DNA of 64,000 bases from Gemmobacter sp. (GTDB taxonomy: Bacteria > Pseudomonadota > Alphaproteobacteria > Rhodobacterales > Rhodobacteraceae): NCBI GenBank assembly GCA_041675885.1, contig JBAYSY010000005.1, positions 7,652-71,651 on the forward strand, read 5' to 3'. The notes below the pieces were generated by a model that saw nothing but the letters and a program-made list of their open reading frames with translations, did not search any database and had not been told where the DNA came from. This document shows positions 55,861 to 64,000 of this stretch, one piece after another (position 1 is the first letter of the stretch; each line of letters begins with the position of its first letter). A program made the position numbers and the translations under genes.

Positions 55861-57438
55861 ATGGCGAAGATCGCGTATATCCTTTTGTGTCACAAGGATC
55901 CCGAGGGGATCGTCGCCCAGGCCCTGCGGCTGACCGCGGCGGGCGACTTCATGGCGATCCATTTCGACGCCCGCGCCCGGCGCGCCGACCACGACCGCAT
56001 CCGCACCGCGCTTGCCGACAACCCCTCGGTGGTCTTCGCCCCCCGCCGGGTCAAATGCGGCTGGGGCGAGTGGAGCCTGGTCGAGGCCACGCTGCTCGCC
56101 GTCGAGGCCGCCGAGGCCGCCTTCCCCGAGGCCACGCATTTCTACATGCTTTCGGGCGACTGCATGTGCATCAAGTCGGCCGAATACGCCCATGCCTTCC
56201 TCGACGCAGAGGATGTCGATTACATCGAAAGCTTCGACTATTTCGCCTCGGACTGGATCAAGACCGGCATCAAGGAAGAACGGCTGATCTACCGCCACTT
56301 CCTCAACGAGCGCAGGCACAAGCGGCTGTTCTACGCCTCGATGGCGGTGCAGCAGCGGCTGGGCCTGACCCGGCGGATACCGGCCGATCTCCAGATGATG
56401 ATCGGCTCGCAATGGTGGTGCCTGCGGCGGCGCACCATCGAGCATGTGTTGGACTTCTGCCGCAAGCGGCGCGACGTGATGCGGTTCTTCCGCACCACCT
56501 GGATCCCGGACGAGACCTTCTTCCAGACCATCGTCGCCCATCTGGTGCCCGAGGCCGAGATCAGGGCCCGCACGCTCACCTTCCTGATGTTCACCGACTA
56601 CGGGATGCCGGTCACCTTCTACAACGACCATTTCGACCTGCTCATCAGCCAGGACTACCTGTTCGCCCGCAAGATCTCGCCCGAGGCGGTGGCGCTCCGG
56701 GCCGCGCTCGGGGCGCTCTACACCCGGAAGGGCGCGAGTTTCCCGATCTCCGGCGGCGGGCGCGAGCTGTTCCGGTTCCTCACCGGCCGGGGCCGGATCG
56801 GGCGGCGCTTCGCCCCCCGGTTCTGGGAACGCGAGGCCAGCCTGGGGCGCGAGCGCACGCTGATGATCGTCGCCTGCAAGAAGTGGCACGTGGCCAAGCG
56901 GCTGGTCGAGCGGGTGCGCCAGGTCACCGGCATCACCGCGGTCGATTACCTGTTCAACGAGGCGGAAACGCCGCTTCCCGACCTCGGCGGCATCCAGACC
57001 ACGCTGGAAAAACGCGCCCGTCACCGGCGCGCATTGCTGCGGATGCTGTTCGACTACTGGCAGACCGACCGGCTGATCGTCTGCATGGACACCGCCAATC
57101 TCGACCTGATGCAGGATTTCGACACCGACCGCTGCACCACGCGCATCCTTGAGGTCGAATGTGCCTTTTCCGACGAATACCTGATCGGCCATGCCGTGCG
57201 GGTCGGCCTTGCGGGCGAGCAGACGCCGGAGGAGGTGATCGACCGGCTGCTGCCCACCATCCGCTACGACGTGACCTTCGAAAGCGACCGGCTGCGCGAT
57301 GCCGGGCTCAAAGGCTTCCATCGGCTGCGCGAAACTGCCACTCTGGACCGGAACGCACCCGTGCTTGCCGCGTTTCTGGACGTGCCCGAGCCGCAGGCGC
57401 ATGAGATACTGACAACCGACCACCTGTTCGTGGACTGA
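55861..57438 (+). CDS. GT14 (core-2/I-branching type) glycosyltransferase with a C-terminal extension
   Basis: IAYILLCHKDP..., FYMLSGDCMCI, GSQWWCLRR and DETFFQT motifs of the Branch family, plus about 250 extra C-terminal residues. Confidence 0.75.
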   Translation: MAKIAYILLCHKDPEGIVAQALRLTAAGDFMAIHFDARARRADHDRIRTALADNPSVVFAPRRVKCGWGEWSLVEATLLAVEAAEAAFPEATHFYMLSGDCMCIKSAEYAHAFLDAEDVDYIESFDYFASDWIKTGIKEERLIYRHFLNERRHKRLFYASMAVQQRLGLTRRIPADLQMMIGSQWWCLRRRTIEHVLDFCRKRRDVMRFFRTTWIPDETFFQTIVAHLVPEAEIRARTLTFLMFTDYGMPVTFYNDHFDLLISQDYLFARKISPEAVALRAALGALYTRKGASFPISGGGRELFRFLTGRGRIGRRFAPRFWEREASLGRERTLMIVACKKWHVAKRLVERVRQVTGITAVDYLFNEAETPLPDLGGIQTTLEKRARHRRALLRMLFDYWQTDRLIVCMDTANLDLMQDFDTDRCTTRILEVECAFSDEYLIGHAVRVGLAGEQTPEEVIDRLLPTIRYDVTFESDRLRDAGLKGFHRLRETATLDRNAPVLAAFLDVPEPQAHEILTTDHLFVD

Positions 57439-57456
57439 GAACCGGGACCGAAACCG

Positions 57457-57840
57457 ATGCCCTATACCTATGACGACCAGAACATCTTCGCCCGCATCCT
57501 GCGCGGGGAAATCCCCTGCACGAAGGTGCTGGAGACCGAGCATTCGCTTGCGTTCCGCGATATCCAGCCCAAGGCGCCCGAGCATGTGCTGGTGATCCCC
57601 AAGGGGCCTTATGCCTGCTTCGACCATTTCGCCGAAGCCGCGTCGGATGCGGAAATCGTCGATTACACCCGCGCCATCGGCAGGGTCTGCGCCGAACTGG
57701 GTGTCAGCCCGGGCGACGGCGGCAAGGGCTACCGGATGATCGCCAACACCGGCAACGACGGGGTGCAGGAGGTGCCGCACCTGCATGTCCACATCCTCGG
57801 CGGGCGGGTGATCGGCCCGATGGTGATCCGCCGGGACTGA
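57457..57840 (+). CDS. HIT-family (histidine triad) protein
   Basis: Histidine triad HLHVHILGG. Confidence 0.9.
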   Translation: MPYTYDDQNIFARILRGEIPCTKVLETEHSLAFRDIQPKAPEHVLVIPKGPYACFDHFAEAASDAEIVDYTRAIGRVCAELGVSPGDGGKGYRMIANTGNDGVQEVPHLHVHILGGRVIGPMVIRRD

Positions 57841-57885
57841 GGCGTTACGGACGGCGCCGGGGCCTGCCGCGCGCAGGGCCGACCA

Positions 57886-58821
57886 TCAGCCCCCCGGCCG
57901 GGCGGTGAGGGCAAGGAACACGTCTTCAAGCGAGGGTTCCTCGACCGCGATATCGGCGATGCCCACCCCGGCCGTGGTCAGCGCCGCCAGCACCGCCCCC
58001 GCCGGAACCTGCCCGCGCGGATAGCTGAACGCCAGACGCCCGTCGCGGCGGCGGTCCAGCGCCACGCCTTCGGGCAGCGGCAGCGCCTCGGGCGCCGCGC
58101 CCACGGGCGTCACCACCAGCGTCTTGCGATCGAGCCGCGCGACCAGCGCCGCGGTGCGGTCGCGGGCGATCACCTCGCCCCGGTCGATGATGGCGATCTC
58201 GTCGCACATCGCCTCGGCTTCTTCGAGGTAATGGGTGGTCAGGATGATGGTCATCCCCTGCTCGTTCAGCCGCCGCACGTTGGCCCAGAGCATCTGGCGC
58301 AGTTCGATATCCACCCCGGCGGTGGGTTCGTCCAGCACCAGCACATGCGGGTGATGCACCAGCGCCTTGCCCAGCAGGAGCCGCCGTTTCATCCCGCCCG
58401 AAAGGGTGCGGGTATAGGCTTCGGCCTGATCCTCAAGCCCCACCAGCCGCAGGATTTCCGCCGTGCGCCGTGCGCGGCGCGGCACGCCGTACAGCCCGGC
58501 CTGCACCTCCAGCGTGGCGCGCGGGGTCATGAACGGGTCGATGTTCAGTTCCTGCGGCATGACCCCGATGGCGGCGCGCGACTGGCGCGGGTTCACGTCC
58601 TGGTCGAAGCCCCAGATGCGCACGCGGCCCGAGGTCTTGACCACCAGCCCGGCAAGGATGTTGATCATCGTCGATTTCCCGGCGCCGTTCGGGCCGAGCA
58701 GCCCGAAGATCGACCCGCGCGGGATCGCCAGATCGACGCCCTTCAGCGCCTCCTTGCTGCGGCCGCCGCGGGTGGCATAGGTCTTGCGCAGCCCCTCGAC
58801 CCCGATCGCCTCGCGCTCCAT
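57886..58821 (-). CDS. ABC-2-type transporter ATP-binding protein (no cognate permease adjacent)
   Basis: Walker A GPNGAGKST, LSGGMKRR, LVLDEPTAGVD, plus a C-terminal extension. Confidence 0.85.
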   Translation of the reverse strand: MEREAIGVEGLRKTYATRGGRSKEALKGVDLAIPRGSIFGLLGPNGAGKSTMINILAGLVVKTSGRVRIWGFDQDVNPRQSRAAIGVMPQELNIDPFMTPRATLEVQAGLYGVPRRARRTAEILRLVGLEDQAEAYTRTLSGGMKRRLLLGKALVHHPHVLVLDEPTAGVDIELRQMLWANVRRLNEQGMTIILTTHYLEEAEAMCDEIAIIDRGEVIARDRTAALVARLDRKTLVVTPVGAAPEALPLPEGVALDRRRDGRLAFSYPRGQVPAGAVLAALTTAGVGIADIAVEEPSLEDVFLALTARPGG

Positions 58822-59001
58822 TCCCCGGCCTTTCCCGCCTGTTTCCGCCCCGCGCAGGCTTCACCCGCCCGGCCCCCGGGGTCAAGCCCCGCCGGTCCTG
58901 CGGCGACCCTCACAAGCGAAACGGAGGACAGCGGCCAAGACCGCTGCCCGGCGGCGCTGAAGCCGCTGTTCCGGGCAAGGGGGAAGGTGCACCGTCCCGG
59001 C

Positions 59002-59526
59002 CTATTCCGCCCGCGTGATCCGCCGCATCGTCCCGTCGCGCAGCACGAAGGCGTGCCACAGCGCGCCCACGACATGCAGCAGGATCAGCAGCAAAAGCAC
59101 CGCGCGCAGCGCGCCATGCACCCCGGCCGCCGGACCGAAACCGACGAACCACGCCATGCCCCCGCTCAGCACCAGCAGGGCCAGCACCCCGTAAAGCGCC
59201 GCATGGGTCAGCGCCGCCACCCGGTGCAGCACCGGACGGTCGCCAAGCGGCGCGGGCGCGGGCCGCACCGCCCGCAGCCGAAGCCGCCAGATCACCAGCA
59301 GCAGGATGGCGATGCCGCCGAACACATGCCCCATGACCAGCGGATCGGGCGAGATTTCCATCCCCCGGCCCAGCGCGTTCCAGGCTTCGACGATCGGTCC
59401 GTTGAAAAGATACTGGGCCAGGACCAGCAGGGCCACCACCCAGTGCAGGACGATCTGGGCGCGGGACCAGGTGGCGGGGCGGGCGGTTCCGGACAAATCC
59501 GGGCTGGGCGCGGTGGGGGCAGACAT
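59002..59526 (-). CDS. Cytochrome b561 family protein
   Basis: Four TM helices with conserved His (IVLHWVVALLVL..., GHVFGG..., VLLLLILLHVVGALWH). Confidence 0.8.
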   Translation of the reverse strand: MSAPTAPSPDLSGTARPATWSRAQIVLHWVVALLVLAQYLFNGPIVEAWNALGRGMEISPDPLVMGHVFGGIAILLLVIWRLRLRAVRPAPAPLGDRPVLHRVAALTHAALYGVLALLVLSGGMAWFVGFGPAAGVHGALRAVLLLLILLHVVGALWHAFVLRDGTMRRITRAE

Positions 59527-59625
59527 GGCAGGACTCCGTGGTTATGTTCCGCCCTTGATACGGTTCTCCCGGCCACTCCCGTCGCGGCAGGATGCCGCAG
59601 GGCCGCACCCGCGCTTCCGGTGCCG

Positions 59626-59916
59626 TCAGACCTGTGCCGCCCGGACCTGTTCCACCCTTCGTGGCGCGATGTCGAAGCTTGAGCGTTTGAGGATGTCCCC
59701 GTCCGGCCCGACGATCAGCCGGAACGCCCGGCCTTCAAGAAAGAAGGTCAGCCGGTGGCGGCCGTCGTCCTCGCCCACGCCTTCCTCGCAGCGGCTGGTG
59801 ATAATGCCGCGGCGCATCAGCCCCGGCACGGTTTCAGGTTCGATCCCGAAACCGGCGCCAAGGATTTCCGCCTCGACCAGAAAGCCCTCGTCGGTCCTGA
59901 CAACGTCCTGTGTCAT
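59626..59916 (-). CDS. Small hypothetical protein (96 aa from MTQDVV)
   Basis: The ATG at 59916 overlaps the upstream stop (ATGA) and is preceded by GGAGGA. I recognise no family with confidence. Confidence 0.5.
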   Translation of the reverse strand: MTQDVVRTDEGFLVEAEILGAGFGIEPETVPGLMRRGIITSRCEEGVGEDDGRHRLTFFLEGRAFRLIVGPDGDILKRSSFDIAPRRVEQVRAAQV

Positions 59917-60143
59917 CGGTTCCTCCAATAGCCGTTCGCTGCGGCCACCGTGGCGAAATGGGTCGCGACAACCTGGCTGGAGGCGATCAGCGCATCGGCG
60001 TCGGACGCATAGCCGGGCCGCAGCTTGTCGCGCACGGTCGCGTCGGGCTGGGTCATTTTCACCGCGACCCGGGCGAGTTTCACCGCAAGTTCATATCCCT
60101 GTTGCGGCGTGTCGGTGATCAGGGTGGGAAGCCATGTTTCCAT
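59913..60143 (-). CDS. Small hypothetical protein (76 aa)
   Basis: ORF with coding-like composition, translationally coupled to the next small ORF. It lies 54 nt downstream of nsrR. Confidence 0.45.
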   Translation of the reverse strand: METWLPTLITDTPQQGYELAVKLARVAVKMTQPDATVRDKLRPGYASDADALIASSQVVATHFATVAAANGYWRNR

Positions 60144-60197
60144 GTCGGTGCCTTTCCTGTGTCAGTGGGTCAATGGGTCAATGGGTCGGGGTCCGGT

Positions 60198-60611
60198 TCA
60201 GATCGGCTCCAGTTGCGGCAGTGCGATATCGGCCAGGGTCGAGCGGTCGAGATCGGCCAGAAAGGCCGCCTCGGCCCGGTGCAGCCGCGCCCGGAGACGG
60301 CAACAGCCGAGGATGGTGCAGCCGCTTTCAGGGCCGAAACATTCAACCAGCGCCTGCCCGTCTTCCAGAAGCCGCACCACCTCGCCCAGCTTGATTTCCC
60401 CGGCGGGCCGGGACAGCATGGCCCCGCCACCGCTGCCGCGCCGGGTGGTGACGATGCCGCCCTGCGCCAGCCGCTGGACGATCTTGCTCAGGTGATGGCG
60501 CGACAGGCCGAATTCCGCGGCCAGTTCGGCGGTCGAAAACCCCCGGCCGGGGTCCGATGCGATCCGCATCAGCGCACGCAGGCCGTAATCGGTAAACGAA
60601 GTAAGACGCAT
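60198..60611 (-). CDS. nsrR: Rrf2-family transcriptional regulator, NsrR-like (NO-sensing Fe-S repressor)
   Basis: MRLTSFTDYGLRALMRIA..., an Rrf2 wHTH, and a C-terminal Cys cluster (CFGPESGCTILGCC). Only the 3' 414 nt of the track ORF 60198..61316 are coding. Confidence 0.85.
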   Translation of the reverse strand: MRLTSFTDYGLRALMRIASDPGRGFSTAELAAEFGLSRHHLSKIVQRLAQGGIVTTRRGSGGGAMLSRPAGEIKLGEVVRLLEDGQALVECFGPESGCTILGCCRLRARLHRAEAAFLADLDRSTLADIALPQLEPI

Positions 60612-60636
60612 GGGTGTTTCCCGTCCGGGGCTTTTG

Positions 60637-60659
60637 AATAGGTATTTACAATACTTATT
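60637..60659. promoter_or_regulatory. Candidate NsrR/Rrf2 operator: AATAGGTATT-TAC-AATACTTATT
   Basis: AT-rich imperfect (9/10) inverted repeat centred in the nsrR / truncated-globin divergent intergenic region. Confidence 0.55.
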
Positions 60660-60716
60660 AACTGGATTAGTCGGGAAGGCAAGTCCGAACGACCCCGAAC
60701 CGCAAAGAACCCCGCA

Positions 60717-61202
60717 ATGTCCGACCCGCTGCCCGACCCCGCCACCCTGCCGCCGATCCGCTCGGCCCGGCCCGCGCAGACCGCGGCGCTGATGGCCGAA
60801 ACCGGCCTGACCGAGGCGATGCTGAGCGAACTGGTCCATTCCTTCTACGCCAGGGTCCGGGCCGACCCTATGCTTGCCCCGGTCTTCGACGCGCGCATCC
60901 GCGACTGGGGCCCGCACCTGGAACAGATGGTGGAATTCTGGTCCTCGGTCGCGCTGATGACCGGGCGCTATCACGGCGCGCCGATGCCCGCGCATATCGA
61001 CCTGCCGGTGACGTGGGAACATTTCGGCCGCTGGCTTTCGCTGTTCCGTGCCACCGCGCATGAGGTCTGCCCGCCCGAGGGCGCCGCGCATGTGATCGAA
61101 CGCGCCGAGCGGATCGCCCGCGCGCTGCATATGGCGATCGAGGATCACGCGGGCAATGCGCGGGGGGCGGCGCCGGTGCTGCGTCCGGGCCATGCGCCAT
61201 GA
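60717..61202 (+). CDS. Group III truncated haemoglobin-like protein
   Basis: SFYARVRADPMLAPVF...DWGPHLEQMVEFWSSVALMTGRYHGAPMPAH...WLSLF pattern, typical of group III trHb. Confidence 0.75.
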   Translation: MSDPLPDPATLPPIRSARPAQTAALMAETGLTEAMLSELVHSFYARVRADPMLAPVFDARIRDWGPHLEQMVEFWSSVALMTGRYHGAPMPAHIDLPVTWEHFGRWLSLFRATAHEVCPPEGAAHVIERAERIARALHMAIEDHAGNARGAAPVLRPGHAP

Positions 61203-61567
61203 CCCGCCATCCGATCCACCTCGCCCGCGCCTATGATCCGCCCGAAGTGACCGAAGGCGCGCGGCTGCTGATCGACCGGCTCTGGCCGCGCGGGGTGACG
61301 CGGGCAGCGCTGGCACCGGATGCCTGGCTCAAGGCGGCCGCGCCAAGCGATGAGCTGCGCCGCTGGCTCCATGCCGACCCCTCCCGCTGGGAGGATTTCG
61401 TGGTGCAGTATCGCGCCGAACTCGACTCGGGCAACGGGGCGGAGGAATGTCTCGACTGGTGCCGCCGGGGTCCGGTGGTGCTGCTTTACGCCGCGCGCGA
61501 CCGGGAGCGGAATCATGCGATGGTGCTGCGCGACTGGCTGACGGAACGGCTGGAGGAAGAGGCATGA
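61199..61567 (+). CDS. DUF488-family protein
   Basis: LIDRLWPRGV...WLK.AAPS.ELRRW...F...Y..EL... pattern. ATGA overlap with the globin stop. Confidence 0.75.
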   Translation: MTRHPIHLARAYDPPEVTEGARLLIDRLWPRGVTRAALAPDAWLKAAAPSDELRRWLHADPSRWEDFVVQYRAELDSGNGAEECLDWCRRGPVVLLYAARDRERNHAMVLRDWLTERLEEEA

Positions 61568-62265
61568 GCGTGAAGGATACCCGCACCGGGGATGGCGGAG
61601 GCTACGCCTCGCCCCCCTGCATGGCGGGCGAGATCGCGCCGGATTACTTCGACCCGCTGGCGGTCGATCCGCGGCAGGCCGCCGACGTGGCCCGCTGGCG
61701 CAAAGCCGAACGCACCCGGCTGCTGGCCGAACGCGCCGCGCTGGGCGTCACGGCCCTGCGCGAGGTGGCCGAAGCCTTGGCCGGACATCTCGACGCGCTG
61801 CTGGCCCGCCGGTTCGGCAGCGTTGAGGGCCGGGTGGTCTCGGGTTACTGGCCGATCAAATCGGAGCCCGACCTGCGCCCCTGGCTTGCCCGCCTGCACG
61901 CGGCGGGCGCGCGGATCGCGCTGCCGGTGGTCGCCACACCGCGCGCGCCGCTGGAATTCCGCCCCTGGGCACCCGGTGCGGCGATGGAGCGCGGGCACTG
62001 GAACATCCCCGTCCCCGCCACCGCCGAAACCGTGCAGCCCGAAATCACGCTGGCGCCGCTTGTCGGCTGGGACGGCGCCGGGTTCCGGCTGGGCTACGGT
62101 GGCGGCTATTTCGACCGGACGCTGGCGGCGGCGACCCCCCGGCCCTTCGTGATCGGCACCGGGGCCCAGACCGCACGTCTTGCCACCATCTTTCCGCAAC
62201 CGCATGACATCCGCCTGGACACCATCGTGACCGAGGCGGGACTGCAATGGGACGACGCCACATGA
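61564..62265 (+). CDS. 5-formyltetrahydrofolate cyclo-ligase family protein
   Basis: ATGA overlap with DUF488. C-terminal motifs ...APLVGWDGAGFRLGYGGGYFDRTL. Confidence 0.75.
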   Translation: MSVKDTRTGDGGGYASPPCMAGEIAPDYFDPLAVDPRQAADVARWRKAERTRLLAERAALGVTALREVAEALAGHLDALLARRFGSVEGRVVSGYWPIKSEPDLRPWLARLHAAGARIALPVVATPRAPLEFRPWAPGAAMERGHWNIPVPATAETVQPEITLAPLVGWDGAGFRLGYGGGYFDRTLAAATPRPFVIGTGAQTARLATIFPQPHDIRLDTIVTEAGLQWDDAT

Positions 62266-63473
62266 GAACTTCCGCCGAGCGGATCCGGAGCTGGGACGGC
62301 CCCGCGATCCTCAGTTTCGGTTTCCGCCCCTTCTTCCTGCTTGCCGGGCTCTGGGCCGCGCTGGCGATGTTCCTGTGGCTGTTCATGCTTACGGGCCGAC
62401 AGGTGCTGCCGACCGCTTTTGATCCCACGGGCTGGCATTCGCATGAATTCGTGTTCGGATACCTTGGCGCGGTGATCGCCGGGTTCCTGCTTACGGCGGT
62501 GCCGAACTGGACCGGGCGGTTGCCTGTGGTGGGCTGGTCGCTTGGCGGGCTGGTGCTGTTGTGGCTGCTGGGACGGGCCGCGGTGCTGGTCTCGGGGCAT
62601 CTGCCCGCGGTGCTGGTGGCGGTGGCCGACCTGGCGCTTCCGGTGGCGCTGGCGCTGTTCCTGCTGCGCGAGATCATGGCCGGCAAGAACTGGCGCAACC
62701 TGCCGGTTCTGGGGCTGCTGCTGCTGTTCGCGCTGGCGAACGCGGGGTTTCATATCGAGGCCGCGGCGGGCCGCATCATCCATGACGGCTACGGACTGCG
62801 GCTGGGGCTGGCGGCGGTTGTGATGCTGATCGCGCTGATCGGCGGGCGGATCATACCCAGTTTCACCCGCAACTGGCTGGCCCAGCGCGGGGCGGAACGG
62901 ATGCCGGTTCCGTTCAGCCGGGCCGATACCGTCGTACTGGCGGTGACGGGGCTTGCGCTCCTGTCCTTTGTCGCGGCGCCCGAGGGCCGGCCCACCGCGC
63001 TCGCCTGCACGCTGGCCGGGGTGGCGAACCTGTGGCGGCTGATCCGCTGGCAGGGGGTGCAGACCGGGGCAGAGCCGCTGCTGTGGGTGCTGCATGTGGC
63101 CTATGCCCTGCTCGGCCTCGGCTTTCTTGCGGTGGCGGCCGCGGCGGCGGGGCTGATGCCCGCGTCGGCGGCGCGGCATGTCTGGTTCGCGGGTGCGATC
63201 GGGCTGATGACGCTGGCGGTGATGTCCCGCGCCAGCCTCGGCCATGCCGGGCGGCCGCTCCATGCGGGGCCCGGGGTGACGGCGGTCTATCTTGCGCTGA
63301 TCCTTGCGGTGGTGGCGCGGGTCGCGGCGGGGTTCGCACCGGGGGCGGTGTGGCTTCTGCACCTGTCGGCGCTGGCGTGGATCATCAGCTTCGGCGGTTT
63401 CACGGCGATCTACTGGCCGATTCTCACCCGCCCGCGCACCGCGCGCAAACAGCCGATGCGGGCGCCGGTCTGA
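62262..63473 (+). CDS. nnrS: NnrS-family haem/copper membrane protein (NO-stress associated)
   Basis: FGFRPFFLLAGLWA..., 12 predicted TM helices, and conserved His residues. The ATG at 62262 overlaps the upstream stop (ATGA); an alternative ATG lies at 62247. Confidence 0.85.
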   Translation: MRTSAERIRSWDGPAILSFGFRPFFLLAGLWAALAMFLWLFMLTGRQVLPTAFDPTGWHSHEFVFGYLGAVIAGFLLTAVPNWTGRLPVVGWSLGGLVLLWLLGRAAVLVSGHLPAVLVAVADLALPVALALFLLREIMAGKNWRNLPVLGLLLLFALANAGFHIEAAAGRIIHDGYGLRLGLAAVVMLIALIGGRIIPSFTRNWLAQRGAERMPVPFSRADTVVLAVTGLALLSFVAAPEGRPTALACTLAGVANLWRLIRWQGVQTGAEPLLWVLHVAYALLGLGFLAVAAAAAGLMPASAARHVWFAGAIGLMTLAVMSRASLGHAGRPLHAGPGVTAVYLALILAVVARVAAGFAPGAVWLLHLSALAWIISFGGFTAIYWPILTRPRTARKQPMRAPV

Positions 63474-63592
63474 ACGGAACGGGGCACGGCACCCCGCCCG
63501 GAATAAAGGCGCGGCACGCGCTGCCGCTGCCCTCGGTTGCAAGAAGCCAGTCCGGGTGGCGGGGGCCAGGTCGCCCGGCCCGCCGGGGCCTG

Positions 63593-64000
63593 TCACCCCA
63601 GATGCACGATCCGGGCGGAAGGGAAGGCCGCAAGCGCCGTCTCGATCTGGTCCCGTTCCATCAGACAGAACGCGGTGCCCAGCGCGTCGGCCACCCCGGC
63701 TTGCGGCGCGGCAACCGAAACCAGCCGCCAGCGCGCCGGCGCGGGCCGTCCGGTCGTGGGGTCGATCACGTGGCTTTCCCGCCCGTCCGCGTCGAAGGTG
63801 ATCCCGTGCGGCGCCGAGCTTGCCACCGCCATGTCGCGCAGCGAAATGGCGTCGGGGATCAGCCGCTCTCCGTCGCTCAGCGTCACCGGCCAGCCGCCCC
63901 CCGCCGGATGCCCGCCCAGCGCGCGATATTCGCCGGTGTTGACAAGGATGTCGGTCAGCCCCTGTGCCGCCAGCATCTCCACCACCCGGTCGGCGACGAA
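63593..64000 (-). CDS. ApbE-family FAD:protein FMN transferase, C-terminal part; the 5' end lies outside the window
   Basis: HVIDPTTGRP and ADALGTAF motifs. The ORF stays open to the right edge of the window. Confidence 0.75.
   Translation of the reverse strand, partial: FVADRVVEMLAAQGLTDILVNTGEYRALGGHPAGGGWPVTLSDGERLIPDAISLRDMAVASSAPHGITFDADGRESHVIDPTTGRPAPARWRLVSVAAPQAGVADALGTAFCLMERDQIETALAAFPSARIVHLG

Noticed and set aside
60612-61316. The 5' two-thirds of track ORF 60198..61316(-), which would give a 372-aa protein
   Set aside because: Only the last 137 codons (from the ATG at 60611) look like an Rrf2 regulator. The upstream part is antisense to the truncated-globin and DUF488 genes and is compositionally junk.

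Overview
High-GC (roughly two-thirds G+C by eye) alphaproteobacterial chromosome segment. The gene content looks Rhodobacterales-like (VPLPA-CTERM tail, NnrS/NsrR, TRAP transporter, hydroxyproline genes), but that placement is inference only. I see no rRNA, tRNA, CRISPR array, transposase or integrase.

Gene order:
- TRAP permease 3' end, an amidase and a 52-aa membrane ORF.
- A secreted VWA protein with a VPLPA-CTERM tail.
- A minus-strand surface-protein cluster (4075-18668). It holds a Sec-signal giant DUF11-repeat protein that is called as two ORFs only because of one in-frame TAG. That protein is translationally coupled to a 1,200-aa beta-barrel protein.
- The branched-chain keto-acid dehydrogenase operon (E1a, E1b, E2, E3).
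- A convergent HisKA_3 kinase and LuxR-type response regulator.
- A minus-strand type I secretion operum-style block (26781-38242): a 2,066-aa haem-peroxidase/RTX giant, a PrtD-type ABC exporter, a second RTX/cadherin-like protein encoded between ABC and MFP, and a HlyD adaptor.
- A GntR-controlled hydroxyproline catabolic super-cluster (38.5-49.9 kb).
- A second ABC/HlyD type I secretion pair with no substrate gene nearby.
- RidA, a GDPD-family gene, a divergent sulfotransferase/GT14 pair, HIT, and an ABC ATPase with no permease.
- An NsrR-centred nitric-oxide stress locus (cytochrome b561, two small ORFs, nsrR, group III truncated haemoglobin, DUF488, 5-FTHF-cyclo-ligase-like, NnrS, ApbE fragment).

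The best candidates for something undescribed are the giant adhesin plus dedicated barrel module and the peroxidase-RTX secretion operon, which has a GGTCCGG heptamer array upstream. The many kilobase-long ORFs on the opposite strand are codon-bias shadows and were rejected.
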